From: Spirochaetia bacterium | GTDB lineage: Bacteria > Spirochaetota > Spirochaetia > UBA9216 | Assembly: GCA_963677925.2 (NCBI GenBank) | Contig: CAXXYH010000004.1 | Span: forward strand, 928,001 to 992,000 | Direction of reading: 5' to 3' | Length of the DNA stretch: 64,000 bases | Part shown: positions 1-9,002 of the stretch, in pieces | How the letters are laid out: each line of letters opens with the position of its first letter | Numbering within the stretch: the stretch's first letter is position 1 | The notes under the pieces: model-generated | Told to the model about the DNA's origin: nothing | Databases searched by the model: none | The model's input: the letters and a program-made list of their open reading frames with translations, nothing else | Made by a program: the position numbers and the translations under genes

Positions 1-1306
1 TGCATTGAACAGCTCAATAACAACAGAACCCTTGAGTGTAACGAGGGCCACCGAGTTGTCAAAAGGAAGAACCTCATAAACAGTTCTCTTCTGAATTGAA
101 CCGTCTGCAATGCTTGTTCTCACACCGCCCTCCGTTCTGGAAAGCAAAATCAGCCTCAAGACCCTGTGTGTTTGCATACCAGAGCATTGAATCAGCAACC
201 ATGTCGCCGATAGCTGTTTCTTCAACCCTTGAGTTATCGTTAATAAAAGGAGCAGTTGCTGTTCCGATGGTCTCATTAAGAACAGAATCTACCTTATCAA
301 CATAGGGTTTCAGCATAGCTGCGAGCTCTGCATCGTCTTTAAGCTCTTCTCCTGCAAAATGGTAAACGGAAGAACCGTCCTCAAGTCTTTCGCGGTACTT
401 AACGTTAATGGGTATAAGCTCGTAGTTAACACCGGTAACCTCGCCGTTCATGAAGCGCAGATCAACACGGCCCATGTACAGACCCCAGTGCTTCGCCTGA
501 ACAACAGGAACCTGAAGCCCTGTTTCCACATTGGTTACCATGATAGCTTCTTCAACCTCGGTATGAGTGTGTCCGTCGATAACAAGAGCAATTCCGGGAA
601 CCTGTGCAGCAAGCTTCTCTGAACCTTCGTTTACATCATCATAGATACCCATATGAACAAGGGCAACAACGATGTCGGCTTTTTTCTTAAGCTCTGGAAC
701 AAGAGCCTTTGCAGTCTCAACCTCATCGAGAAACTTGTATCCCCTGATGTTGTCGGGGCTTCCGCTTTTTGCTGTAGTTGAAGTCATAAGACCGAAAACA
801 GCAACCTTGTAATTACCGTAGTCTTCAATAACGTATGGAACTACATTTTCAATATATTCTCCGGTATCTTCGGTTACAACATTTGCACAAAGCCACGGAA
901 AGTCCGAAGTTGCAATCTGCTCCTGCATAATTGCCGGTGTGGGGTCAAACTCATGGTTACCCATAGACATCGCATCATAACCGATATAGTTCATACCGAT
1001 GATGTCAGGTTCAGCCTTGAAGAAGTTAGATTCGGGACGGCCGGTATTGATGTCTCCGGCACTCAGAAGAAGAACATTTCCCCCCTCTGAACGAATCTCA
1101 TTCACAAGTGTTGCCTGAGCAGGAAGCCCGCCCTGACCGTCAGCCGGATAGTCGTAGAAAGCTACCGGATGTCCATGATAATCGTTGGTGTGAAGGATTG
1201 TGATCTGGTGTTCAACGTCGGGTTCGACAATCGGGGATGAAGCGCATCCCGCAAACATCAGAACAAGCAGAAGACCGCTTAAAAGCAATGCAATCTGTCT
1301 TTTCAT
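1..1306 (-). pseudogene. Bifunctional metallophosphatase / 5'-nucleotidase lipoprotein, frameshifted near 128-130, continuing off the left edge
   Basis: Lipobox (FAGC); metallophosphoesterase motifs HTNDYHG, GD, GNHEFD, GHTH. The called ORF 74..1306 ends FQNGG-RCENK...; deleting one G from GGG (128-130) restores NGGGVRTSIADGSIQKRTVYEVLPFDNSVALVTLKGSVVIELFNA, the start of the 5'-nucleotidase C-terminal domain, open to base 1. May be a sequencing error rather than a true pseudogene. Confidence 0.85.
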
Positions 1307-1350
1307 TTTTTTGCTCCTTTTATTAGATATATGACTTACGCCAATATTTA

Positions 1351-1378
1351 AGTATAAACCCTATTCGCGGAATGTTAA
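1351..1378 (-). promoter_or_regulatory. Putative sigma70 promoter of the nucleotidase gene
   Basis: Minus strand TTAACA-16 nt-TATACT, about 45 nt upstream of the ATG; GGAG RBS at 1314-1317. Confidence 0.45.
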
Positions 1379-1427
1379 GCCTTTACTTAAAAACTTTGAG
1401 TATTTTGTGAGTAAGTAAAGATTTATG

Positions 1428-1545
1428 GAGGGGGGAAGTCTCCCCCTCGCTCCAGCCGCGGTCCCGCTGAACGCGGTATCCCGCGTCCTTTACCCGGCTC
1501 CGTCCCCTCCGCCGGCGGCCGCGCCGCGTCTTCCGCTGCCCCCTG
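1428..1545. repeat. GC-rich palindromic REP/MITE-like intergenic element
   Basis: Sharp GC island in an AT-rich intergenic region, with hairpins GGGGGA-AGTC-TCCCCC (1431-1446) and ACGCGG-TATC-CCGCGT (1471-1486); only one copy seen in this window. Confidence 0.45.
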
Positions 1546-1689
1546 AAGTTATTTCGCAGTAATTGTGGCTTTCAGTCCGCCCTGTCATCAGCCTTTGTGC
1601 AGGCGGAGAGGAACAGAAGAAGTGTTAAACTCATTGCGGTCATAATTATTCTCTTCAATGAGAAGTATTTTGATTGGAATTATAGCATT

Positions 1690-1713
1690 AAAAAACCCGG
1701 GCTGAACCCGGGT
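1690..1713 (-). terminator. Rho-independent terminator of the FN3 lipoprotein gene
   Basis: Minus strand ACCCGGG-TTCAG-CCCGGGT followed by a T-run, about 20 nt after the stop at 1734. Confidence 0.75.
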
Positions 1714-1733
1714 GATGTTGCATGAATTAAAAC

Positions 1734-3398
1734 CTATTCAGTGGTCAGGGTGACATAAAGTTCACTAACCAGATCAGTAGCAGTTGTAATATATTCTGTC
1801 GTGCTCTGTAAGACTCCGAAATATACTGAACTGTCAGATATCTTATTGTTGCTGCTATTAGGTATCAATGTACTAAGAGTCTGAGGGGCTCCATCATCAT
1901 CTACAACTTCATTTAACGGACTAGTATCATAAAGAGTGCTATCGTATAAATCATCATCGGTGTATTCATTTGCAGTCCATCCAACCAGTGTACTGTTAAA
2001 AAAAGTGTCTCCACTGCCTGTGTCAATATCAATTCGATAAAGTATAGAGGGCTGATCACCAAAATAACTGTTTGAATCCCAGGAATGATCAATTTCAAAA
2101 TAAACAGAAAACTGGGCTGGTAAATCAGATAAATTCACTGATTCGGTTACAATATCACTGGTTTTATCCGTAGCACCAGAGACCGTATCTACGTCAGGAT
2201 CGCTTTTGTTAAACTGCCAATACGGCAGGGCGACACCTTGTAAAGAGTCTGAAGATGTATATCTATCTGCAAAAACTTTCGTTCCTATGAAAACGCTCTT
2301 ATAAAAATCATCATCAGCTTCAATCCATATTACATATGCTCGTGCCCCTGTGTAGTCTGTAGGGTAGACGAAATCAAGATCTTCTTTAAATACAACATTC
2401 AGTGTATTCGGAACTTCTGAAATCAGAGATACTGATTCCGGATCAGTGTATGCTGAATCTCCAGCTGTGTTTTTTGCACAAACCTGAAAATAATAGGTTG
2501 TATTTGCTGTAAGTCCGCTGATTTCTACAGATTCTGTATCAGCAGCAGTTTCTATGGTACTTTTTATTGTAAACGTATCATCCGTACCGTAATCAATTTT
2601 AAAGCCTGTTTCGTTTGTTGAGTTGTCTATCCAGCTTACAGTACAGCTGGTGTTTGTAGATTGTAAAGCTGAAAGTCCGGATGGGGGATCGGGCAGGATT
2701 TCTCTCAGATCAATATTTGTCACCGCGTAATCCGAATCTCCTGTCTCGTTATAGGCAAAAATCCTGATGTAATAGTAGTCTTCCGCAGTCAGACCGCTGA
2801 GGCTTGCAGAGGTCGCATCAGCATCTGCCGGTTCAGATGAAAATGTTGCAAAGTTCTCATCCGTACTGTATTCAATTGTAAATCCGTCCTCACAATATGA
2901 ATTGTCTGTCCATGATAAATTACAGCTCGTAGTGCTTGTTTTAGTTGCCGATAATCCGGACGGGGCGGCGGGTGCATCGTATGCGAATGTTATTGCCGCA
3001 GAGTTTATCCAGTCCGAGCTGCCTGCGCTGTTTTTTGCTGCAATCCGGTAGTAGTACTGAGTATCTTCTGCAATGGTTTTATCGAGGTATTCGGTATCAT
3101 CTTCATCTGCTGAAAAGCTCTCAGTGGAGCTGAAGTCTGTGGATGTTGATCTTTCTATTGTAAAGCCTGTTTCATCATCAGAGTTATCGTTCCATTCGAG
3201 AACTATTGAAGGGCTAAGTGTTGCACTTGAAATAGAATCAACGCTTAAGGCTGACGGTGTATCAGGGATTGTTGTTTCATCTTCTGTATCGTCTGAATTA
3301 TTTGGAGTCTCCGGAAAGAAAAAGTCTTCACAGGATAAAAACATGAGCGGGGCTGATACCAGTGCGATTATGGTAAATAGTAATAATAGTTTTTTCAT
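1734..3398 (-). CDS. Lipoprotein with three fibronectin type III repeats and a C-terminal DUF2271-like domain
   Basis: Signal peptide with FLSC lipobox; three P-x-L...W-x-DNS-x2-E-x-GF-x-I...Y-Y-[FIY] FN3 repeats; C-terminus YVIWIE...LPYW...DTVSGAT resembles DUF2271. Confidence 0.8.
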   Translation of the reverse strand: MKKLLLLFTIIALVSAPLMFLSCEDFFFPETPNNSDDTEDETTIPDTPSALSVDSISSATLSPSIVLEWNDNSDDETGFTIERSTSTDFSSTESFSADEDDTEYLDKTIAEDTQYYYRIAAKNSAGSSDWINSAAITFAYDAPAAPSGLSATKTSTTSCNLSWTDNSYCEDGFTIEYSTDENFATFSSEPADADATSASLSGLTAEDYYYIRIFAYNETGDSDYAVTNIDLREILPDPPSGLSALQSTNTSCTVSWIDNSTNETGFKIDYGTDDTFTIKSTIETAADTESVEISGLTANTTYYFQVCAKNTAGDSAYTDPESVSLISEVPNTLNVVFKEDLDFVYPTDYTGARAYVIWIEADDDFYKSVFIGTKVFADRYTSSDSLQGVALPYWQFNKSDPDVDTVSGATDKTSDIVTESVNLSDLPAQFSVYFEIDHSWDSNSYFGDQPSILYRIDIDTGSGDTFFNSTLVGWTANEYTDDDLYDSTLYDTSPLNEVVDDDGAPQTLSTLIPNSSNNKISDSSVYFGVLQSTTEYITTATDLVSELYVTLTTE

Positions 3399-3528
3399 GG
3401 TAAATACAGTCCTTTGAAAATTACTTTTAGCTGAATATTATGTTTTATAGTATCCCTAGGATTATACAGCTGCAGCTGTTAAAAAACTATGAGTTCAGTG
3501 TAAAAACGTGCGGAAACGGGTTAAAACA

Positions 3529-3557
3529 TTGATATATCATAGAAAACCTATTACTAT
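3529..3557 (+). promoter_or_regulatory. Putative sigma70 promoter of the aroQ operon
   Basis: TTGATA-17 nt-TACTAT upstream of GGAGGAG RBS and the TTG start at 3599. Confidence 0.5.
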
Positions 3558-3598
3558 CTTCCATAAAAGAACATCCGATTTTCCTGGAGGAGAACAAC

Positions 3599-4048
3599 TT
3601 GTCAAAAAAAATAGCCGTTATTCACGGACCGAATCTTAATATGCTCGGGAAACGTGAAATTGGTATCTACGGCGGCAAAACAATGGAAGACATCAATGTT
3701 GATATTGCTGCCGAGGCGGAAAGGCTCGGTGTAGAGCTGGAATTCTATCAATCCAATACCGAGGGTGAACTTGTAACGTTTATTCAGAACTGCAGGGGTG
3801 TTAAGGATGGAATAGTTCTTAATGCCGGGGCATATACCCATTATTCAATTGCTCTGAGAGATGCTATTGCAGCCTCACAGGTGCCTGTTGTTGAAGTACA
3901 TATATCCAATATTTTTAAAAGAGAATCGTTTCGTCACGTTTCAATAATTGCTCCGGTCTGCATTGGTCAGATCTGCGGTCTTGGGCCGCATGGATATATT
4001 CTCGGTCTGCGTTCACTGATGGATGAACCCTTTGACCCATGGAAATAG
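3599..4048 (+). CDS. aroQ: Type II 3-dehydroquinate dehydratase (canonical)
   Basis: GPNLNMLGKRE..IYG, NAGAYTHYSIALRDAI, VEVHISN, RESFRHVS motifs all intact. Confidence 0.95.
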   Translation: MSKKIAVIHGPNLNMLGKREIGIYGGKTMEDINVDIAAEAERLGVELEFYQSNTEGELVTFIQNCRGVKDGIVLNAGAYTHYSIALRDAIAASQVPVVEVHISNIFKRESFRHVSIIAPVCIGQICGLGPHGYILGLRSLMDEPFDPWK

Positions 4049-4072
4049 CAGGAAAAGCAGAGGAGAACTATT

Positions 4073-4510
4073 TTGAGTGATAAAAAATATCTTGTAATTT
4101 CAGGTCCGAACCTCAACCTTCTGGGTGCAAGGAAGACCTCTATATATGGACAGGGCTCGCTTGATGATATTCATGCGGGTCTGGAAAGCCGGGCTGCTGA
4201 GCTCGGAGTTGAAGTCGACTGCCGGCAGTTCAACAGTGAAGGCGGAATAATCGACGCACTGCAGGAGGCTCCTTCAAAATTTGAAGGTGTCGTAATTAAT
4301 GCAGGCGCTCTGGCCCACTACAGTTATGCACTGCGCAGTGCGATAGGGGCCATGCTGCTGCCCTGTGTTGAGGTTTTTATTTCCAACGTTCACACCCGTG
4401 AAGAATTCAGGCATCAGTCTGTTATTGCTCCGGTATGTGTCGGTGTAATCGGCGGCTTTGGAAAGAAAAGCTATATTCTCGCTCTTGAAGCGCTTGTGAA
4501 TCTGAAATAG
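4073..4510 (+). CDS. aroQ: Type II 3-dehydroquinate dehydratase paralog with altered active site
   Basis: Same fold motifs (GPNLNLLG, NAGALAHYS, REEFRHQS) but VEVFISN instead of VEVHISN, ALRSAI instead of ALRDAI, and RK instead of RE. Confidence 0.85.
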   Translation: MSDKKYLVISGPNLNLLGARKTSIYGQGSLDDIHAGLESRAAELGVEVDCRQFNSEGGIIDALQEAPSKFEGVVINAGALAHYSYALRSAIGAMLLPCVEVFISNVHTREEFRHQSVIAPVCVGVIGGFGKKSYILALEALVNLK

Positions 4511-4520
4511 GGAGGGGCCT

Positions 4521-5285
4521 GTGAATTTCAAATGGAGTAAAAGCCTGACAGATCCGGCTGAAATTGAAAACTGTGCAGGGGAGGGCTTTGACCAGATAGA
4601 GCTTTCTGCAGTTACGCTTGAGCAGTTGAAAGTTTCAGAAGTTTCTGAGCTCAAAGACAAAATAGCAGCAGCCGGACTTATGAATGATGTCTGTACCGCT
4701 ATTCTTCCTGATGAGGTCAGGGTGACTGAACAGGGATTTAATATTTATGCCTGGACGGAATATCTCAAAAAACTGTTTGAGAAAACTTCGGCAGCAGGCT
4801 GCAGGTATGCACTGTGGAATAATCCCCGGGCCAGAATCCTTCCGATGGAGGGTGAAATCGGCACCTTTAAAGAGCAGGCTCTGCAGTTTCTTTTTGTCCT
4901 TTCCGAGACAGGTGAAGAATTCGGGACTGAAATACTTATCGAACCGCATCCGGAAGAATGGACTAATTATATAAATACATTTGATGAAGCCCGAGAGGTG
5001 ATTACAAGAGTCGGACGCAGCAATATTTCAGTTTCACTGGGTTTTGCCGGCATTGATTCAATCTGGCCTGAAGGCTCGAGGAGCAGTTCTGAGGGGATAG
5101 GATACTTTCATTTTGAAAATCCCGATGTAACCCGCAGAATGCGTACTGCGCCTGAAAACGGTGATGGTATTGATTATAGAGCCATCCTTTCAGATCTCGG
5201 CAGTGTTGGCTACAGCGGGATAATAAACCTGCCTTCAGATGCAGATTCAGATACTCTGGCCTATCTCAAGGGCCTTGTTTCCTGA
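4521..5285 (+). CDS. Sugar phosphate isomerase/epimerase-family TIM-barrel protein (degenerate metal site)
   Basis: GFDQIEL, ILIEP...NYINT..EA, YFHF, R.AP..G..IDY..I...L...GYSG motifs of the AP-endonuclease-2/ketose 3-epimerase fold; GTG start with GGAGG RBS. Confidence 0.75.
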   Translation: MNFKWSKSLTDPAEIENCAGEGFDQIELSAVTLEQLKVSEVSELKDKIAAAGLMNDVCTAILPDEVRVTEQGFNIYAWTEYLKKLFEKTSAAGCRYALWNNPRARILPMEGEIGTFKEQALQFLFVLSETGEEFGTEILIEPHPEEWTNYINTFDEAREVITRVGRSNISVSLGFAGIDSIWPEGSRSSSEGIGYFHFENPDVTRRMRTAPENGDGIDYRAILSDLGSVGYSGIINLPSDADSDTLAYLKGLVS

Positions 5286-5308
5286 TTATTCAGGTAGATT
5301 CATATTGT

Positions 5309-5343
5309 AAAAGAGGATTTCAGGATGAAGTCCTCTTTTTTTT
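5309..5343 (+). terminator. Rho-independent terminator
   Basis: AAAAGAGGATTTCA-GGA-TGAAGTCCTCTTTT hairpin followed by a T-run. Confidence 0.8.
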
Positions 5344-5386
5344 GGATAAACCACTTTTATTATATTTCAAATATATCATTATAATT

Positions 5387-5432
5387 TTGACATTGTTTCA
5401 ATATCAAAATATAATATAATTATAATTTGATT
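5387..5432 (+). promoter_or_regulatory. Consensus sigma70 promoter of gntR with downstream ATTATAAT operator-like palindrome
   Basis: Perfect TTGACA (5387-5392)-17 nt-TATAAT (5410-5415), then TAATTATAATTTGATT (5417-5432). Confidence 0.7.
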
Positions 5433-5531
5433 ACGTGTTATCATGTACAGGTCTTGTTAAAACTTTGATTCTGTGTATTACTGTGCTTGATTTAATTAGA
5501 TAATTTGATATTTATTTATAGGTGAAGATAT

Positions 5532-6176
5532 ATGGAAGGAACAAAAAACAAGAAGGTCCAGGTTTATGAAGCCCTTAAGAGAAGAATCATTGATGTAGAG
5601 CTTCAGCCGGGTCTGCCGATCAATGAGGCGGTTTTTGCTGAAGATTTAGGCGTTAGCAAGACACCGATAAGGGAAGCGCTGAGACAGCTTGAGCGTGACG
5701 GATTTGTTGAGAATGTACCGGGGCGGGGTTCCACCATTACTTACATCACTTCAAATGAAATTCAGGATGTATTTCAGATACGTGAAATTATAGAGGTTGG
5801 TGTTGCCAGGAAGGCTGCTGCAAGAAAGGGCAATACTGAACTGGAAAAAATCAGGGAAGACGGTCTGAAAATTCTTGAAGCCGGTGAACTGATGGAGGAA
5901 AAGGTTCTGGAATGGGGCAAATGGGAAAATATCCACTATGCCATTATCCGATCCATAGAAAATGATTCGCTTGAAAAGATCTACAGCGGTCTGATGGACC
6001 GGATGACCAGAATCAAAAATCATTACGGCCAGCGTTTTACCAAGCGCAGATTCAATGATATTCTCACAGAGCACCTGGCACTTCTTGATGCTATTTTCTC
6101 CGGTGATGAGGAAGCGGCAGGCAGGAGGATGCAGGAGCATCTTTCAAATGCAAGTTCCTACGTGCTTGGATTGTAG
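5532..6176 (+). CDS. GntR family (FadR/FCD) transcriptional regulator
   Basis: N-terminal HTH LQPG..INE..FAEDLGVSKTPIREAL; FCD C-terminus with H...EH..LLDAI..GD...A...M.EH. Confidence 0.92.
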   Translation: MEGTKNKKVQVYEALKRRIIDVELQPGLPINEAVFAEDLGVSKTPIREALRQLERDGFVENVPGRGSTITYITSNEIQDVFQIREIIEVGVARKAAARKGNTELEKIREDGLKILEAGELMEEKVLEWGKWENIHYAIIRSIENDSLEKIYSGLMDRMTRIKNHYGQRFTKRRFNDILTEHLALLDAIFSGDEEAAGRRMQEHLSNASSYVLGL

Positions 6177-6260
6177 CCTCTAATTCAGTTCTGAAATAAT
6201 CAATTAAACTAAACTGTTTGACCTTCCCAAGGGGGGAAGGTTTATAATTCGTCAAATTTT

Positions 6261-7871
6261 ATGGTCACACTGAATATGATTCTTTCACAGATTTCAGAGG
6301 TCTCATCCTTCCATCAGATCCGGCAGAACCTGGATTTGACAGTTGAAAATGTTGAGATGATCTTCGGCTCTGAGCATACAGACTGTGAACGGACTCTTTA
6401 TATCTGCCCTGCAGATATAGCGGGAGAGCTGCTGAAAAAACATAATTCAGACAGGCCTTTAATGCTCATCATCTGCGGGACAGACGTTCAGCCTGATGAT
6501 TTTGAGTTTAGAAAGAATATTTCATACATCATAACCGGTGAAGATGTAAGCAGTACCGGCAACCGGCTTATCAGGTTTATCCTCGGCTATAATAAGTGGT
6601 GTGATGATGTACAGCAGATTATCTACAGGGATAAAAGCATTTCAAAGATATTGAATCTGATCATAGACAGAACCGGAGGTGCCGTGCTGTGGCTTAATTC
6701 CGGATACCGTCTGCTTGCCGAAAGCGGCAGTGGTCAGCTGGAAAATGTCTACCTGAATGAAATTCATGATAAGGGCTACCTTTCAGAACATAGTATAGCT
6801 TCTCTTCTTGCTCTAAAAGGAAGTGTTCCTCTTTTTACCAGGGAACATGTAAGCGCCTACGGGGTTTCTTTTGCTTCAGGCCAGTACGGTATTATTACAG
6901 AGATTAAGAAGCGTTATGCATTCTCCAGATATTTCGTCCTTATTTCTGATGCTCCTCATAAGAACCATGGACTGATTGATGAACTGAAAGCCGCCTCAAG
7001 CCTTCTCTGTCAGTTTGCCGCAGTTGAAAATACTTCCTCCTTTGAAACAAACGAGGGAATATCCGATCTGCTGCAGGATTTGATAGAAGAAAATATCAGC
7101 GGAGATGCTGAGCTGTCTGAACGGGTTTCCCGGTTTCCCGAGGTCGTAAGCAGATGGTATCAGTGTGTTGTTGTTTCATCAGGAAAGGCATATGACGAAA
7201 ATCAGCGGAGTCTTCTGATGATAGGTCTTCATAAAATATTTGAAAACTGCATGACATGTTATTATGAAGATAATATTATCCTGTTTATCAGAAAGACAAA
7301 TATCCAGCCTCTTTCCTATGATGACAGGAAGCTTGAAGATCTGATGCATCAGCATAACTCCTGTGCATGTATTGGAAATCACACCGCCTTTCTTTCATCA
7401 TTCAGAACCCTGTATCTGAGTACTAAAATGTCTCTCAATATGGGGATGAAGCTTAAGCATGAAGGTGAGCGCAGGATCCTTATCGGCGAGCATTATCTGC
7501 TTTATCAGATCATTGATATCTGTGCCAATCATGGCGACTATGTTCACGGCGGCAATCTTATGTTTCTGTGTTCGCCTAGATATCTGGAACTGAGAAAGCA
7601 TGATTTGAAGAACAATGACAGTCTTTCCAATATCTTCATGGTATATGTTCAGAATAACTGCAACAGTTCCCAGGCAGCGAAAAAGCTGTTTCTGCACCGC
7701 AACACACTTCTGAACAAGATTGCAAAAATAGAAGAAATTGTCGGCGGCAGTCTTGATAACCATGAACTCAGGACAGATCTTTACTTTTCAGCCCTTGTCA
7801 TCGACTATTGCAGGATTTTCAGGAATATAAATCCTGTGGAAGATAAGCTGATGAGGGGTAGAAAATCCTGA
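6261..7871 (+). CDS. PucR/CdaR family transcriptional regulator
   Basis: C-terminal HTH N.SQAAKKLFLHRNTLLNKIAKIEEI preceded by a GGDEF-like sensor region. Confidence 0.88.
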   Translation: MVTLNMILSQISEVSSFHQIRQNLDLTVENVEMIFGSEHTDCERTLYICPADIAGELLKKHNSDRPLMLIICGTDVQPDDFEFRKNISYIITGEDVSSTGNRLIRFILGYNKWCDDVQQIIYRDKSISKILNLIIDRTGGAVLWLNSGYRLLAESGSGQLENVYLNEIHDKGYLSEHSIASLLALKGSVPLFTREHVSAYGVSFASGQYGIITEIKKRYAFSRYFVLISDAPHKNHGLIDELKAASSLLCQFAAVENTSSFETNEGISDLLQDLIEENISGDAELSERVSRFPEVVSRWYQCVVVSSGKAYDENQRSLLMIGLHKIFENCMTCYYEDNIILFIRKTNIQPLSYDDRKLEDLMHQHNSCACIGNHTAFLSSFRTLYLSTKMSLNMGMKLKHEGERRILIGEHYLLYQIIDICANHGDYVHGGNLMFLCSPRYLELRKHDLKNNDSLSNIFMVYVQNNCNSSQAAKKLFLHRNTLLNKIAKIEEIVGGSLDNHELRTDLYFSALVIDYCRIFRNINPVEDKLMRGRKS

Positions 7872-8044
7872 GCTCTCTTATTATATGCGGGTTGCACACA
7901 GATTTTGAAAAAATATGTAAAAAGTGCACATAGCCCTATCTTTGAACCCGTAATAGAATAATCCAAGAATATAATCATATTATAACAAGAAAATAATAGT
8001 TTATCGATATTGAAAACTCTGCTGGAAGTTTTAAGGAGGTACCA

Positions 8045-9001
8045 GTGGGAAAATATATTATCAGAAGAATTCTTTTGATGATCCCTGTAATTTTAGGAGT
8101 AACCTTTTTTGTTTTTACTCTGCTTTATTTTACGCCCGGAGATCCGGCTCAGATTAAACTTGGTTCAGATGCAACACCGCAGGAAGTAAACGAACTTCGG
8201 GATGACTGGGGGCTTAATGACCCCTTCCTTGTCCGATTCGGAACCTACTGCTACAACGCCTTTATCAAATTTGACCTCGGAAACTCGTATATCAACAACC
8301 GAAGCGTTACTGAAGAGATTGTTTCAAGATTTCCTAATACCTTTCTGGTTGCCGCACTAAGTGTGCTGCTTTCTGTTCTGATTGGAATGCCGCTCGGGGT
8401 TGCATCAGCTGTTAACCAGTATTCCTGGAAGGACAACGCTTCGATGCTTATTGCGCTGATAGGGGTTTCGATGCCCGGTTTCTGGGTCGGGCTTATGCTG
8501 TCGCTGCTGTTCGCCCTTAAGCTGCGCTGGCTTCCGGCGACAGGTTTCAACGGACCGGAGTATCTTATCATGCCCTGCCTTTCTATTGCTCTAAATGCAG
8601 CAGGACGAATAGCCAGGCAGACCCGCTCAAGTATGCTAGAGGTTATCCGGCAGGATTATATAACGACTGCCCGTGCAAAGGGTCAGACCGAGGGTAATGT
8701 TATTTATGTACATGCCCTGCGGAATGCTCTGATTCCGGTAGTAACTACAATCGGCGCCCTGCTTGGTATTCAGATGAGCGGTGCTATTGTTGCTGAATCG
8801 GTTTTTTCCATACCGGGACTGGGTACCTATATGGTAGCAGCCATAAAGAGCCGCGACTATCTTGCAATTCAGGGAAGTGTTCTTGTTATATCCATCACAT
8901 TCAGTGTTGTAATGCTCCTTGTTGATATCCTTTACGCCTACATAGATCCGCGTATCAAGAGTCAGTATCACCGCAGGAAAACTAAAAAGAAGGCTGCGTA
9001 G
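8045..9001 (+). CDS. Peptide/nickel-type ABC transporter permease (DppB/OppB-like)
   Basis: YIIRRILL..PGDP; EAA-loop region DYITTARAKG..HALRNALIP. Confidence 0.93.
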   Translation: MGKYIIRRILLMIPVILGVTFFVFTLLYFTPGDPAQIKLGSDATPQEVNELRDDWGLNDPFLVRFGTYCYNAFIKFDLGNSYINNRSVTEEIVSRFPNTFLVAALSVLLSVLIGMPLGVASAVNQYSWKDNASMLIALIGVSMPGFWVGLMLSLLFALKLRWLPATGFNGPEYLIMPCLSIALNAAGRIARQTRSSMLEVIRQDYITTARAKGQTEGNVIYVHALRNALIPVVTTIGALLGIQMSGAIVAESVFSIPGLGTYMVAAIKSRDYLAIQGSVLVISITFSVVMLLVDILYAYIDPRIKSQYHRRKTKKKAA

Positions 9002-9002
9002 A

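Noticed and set aside
128-130. Programmed frameshift or phase variation in the nucleotidase
   Set aside because: No slippery heptamer or long homopolymer at the site.
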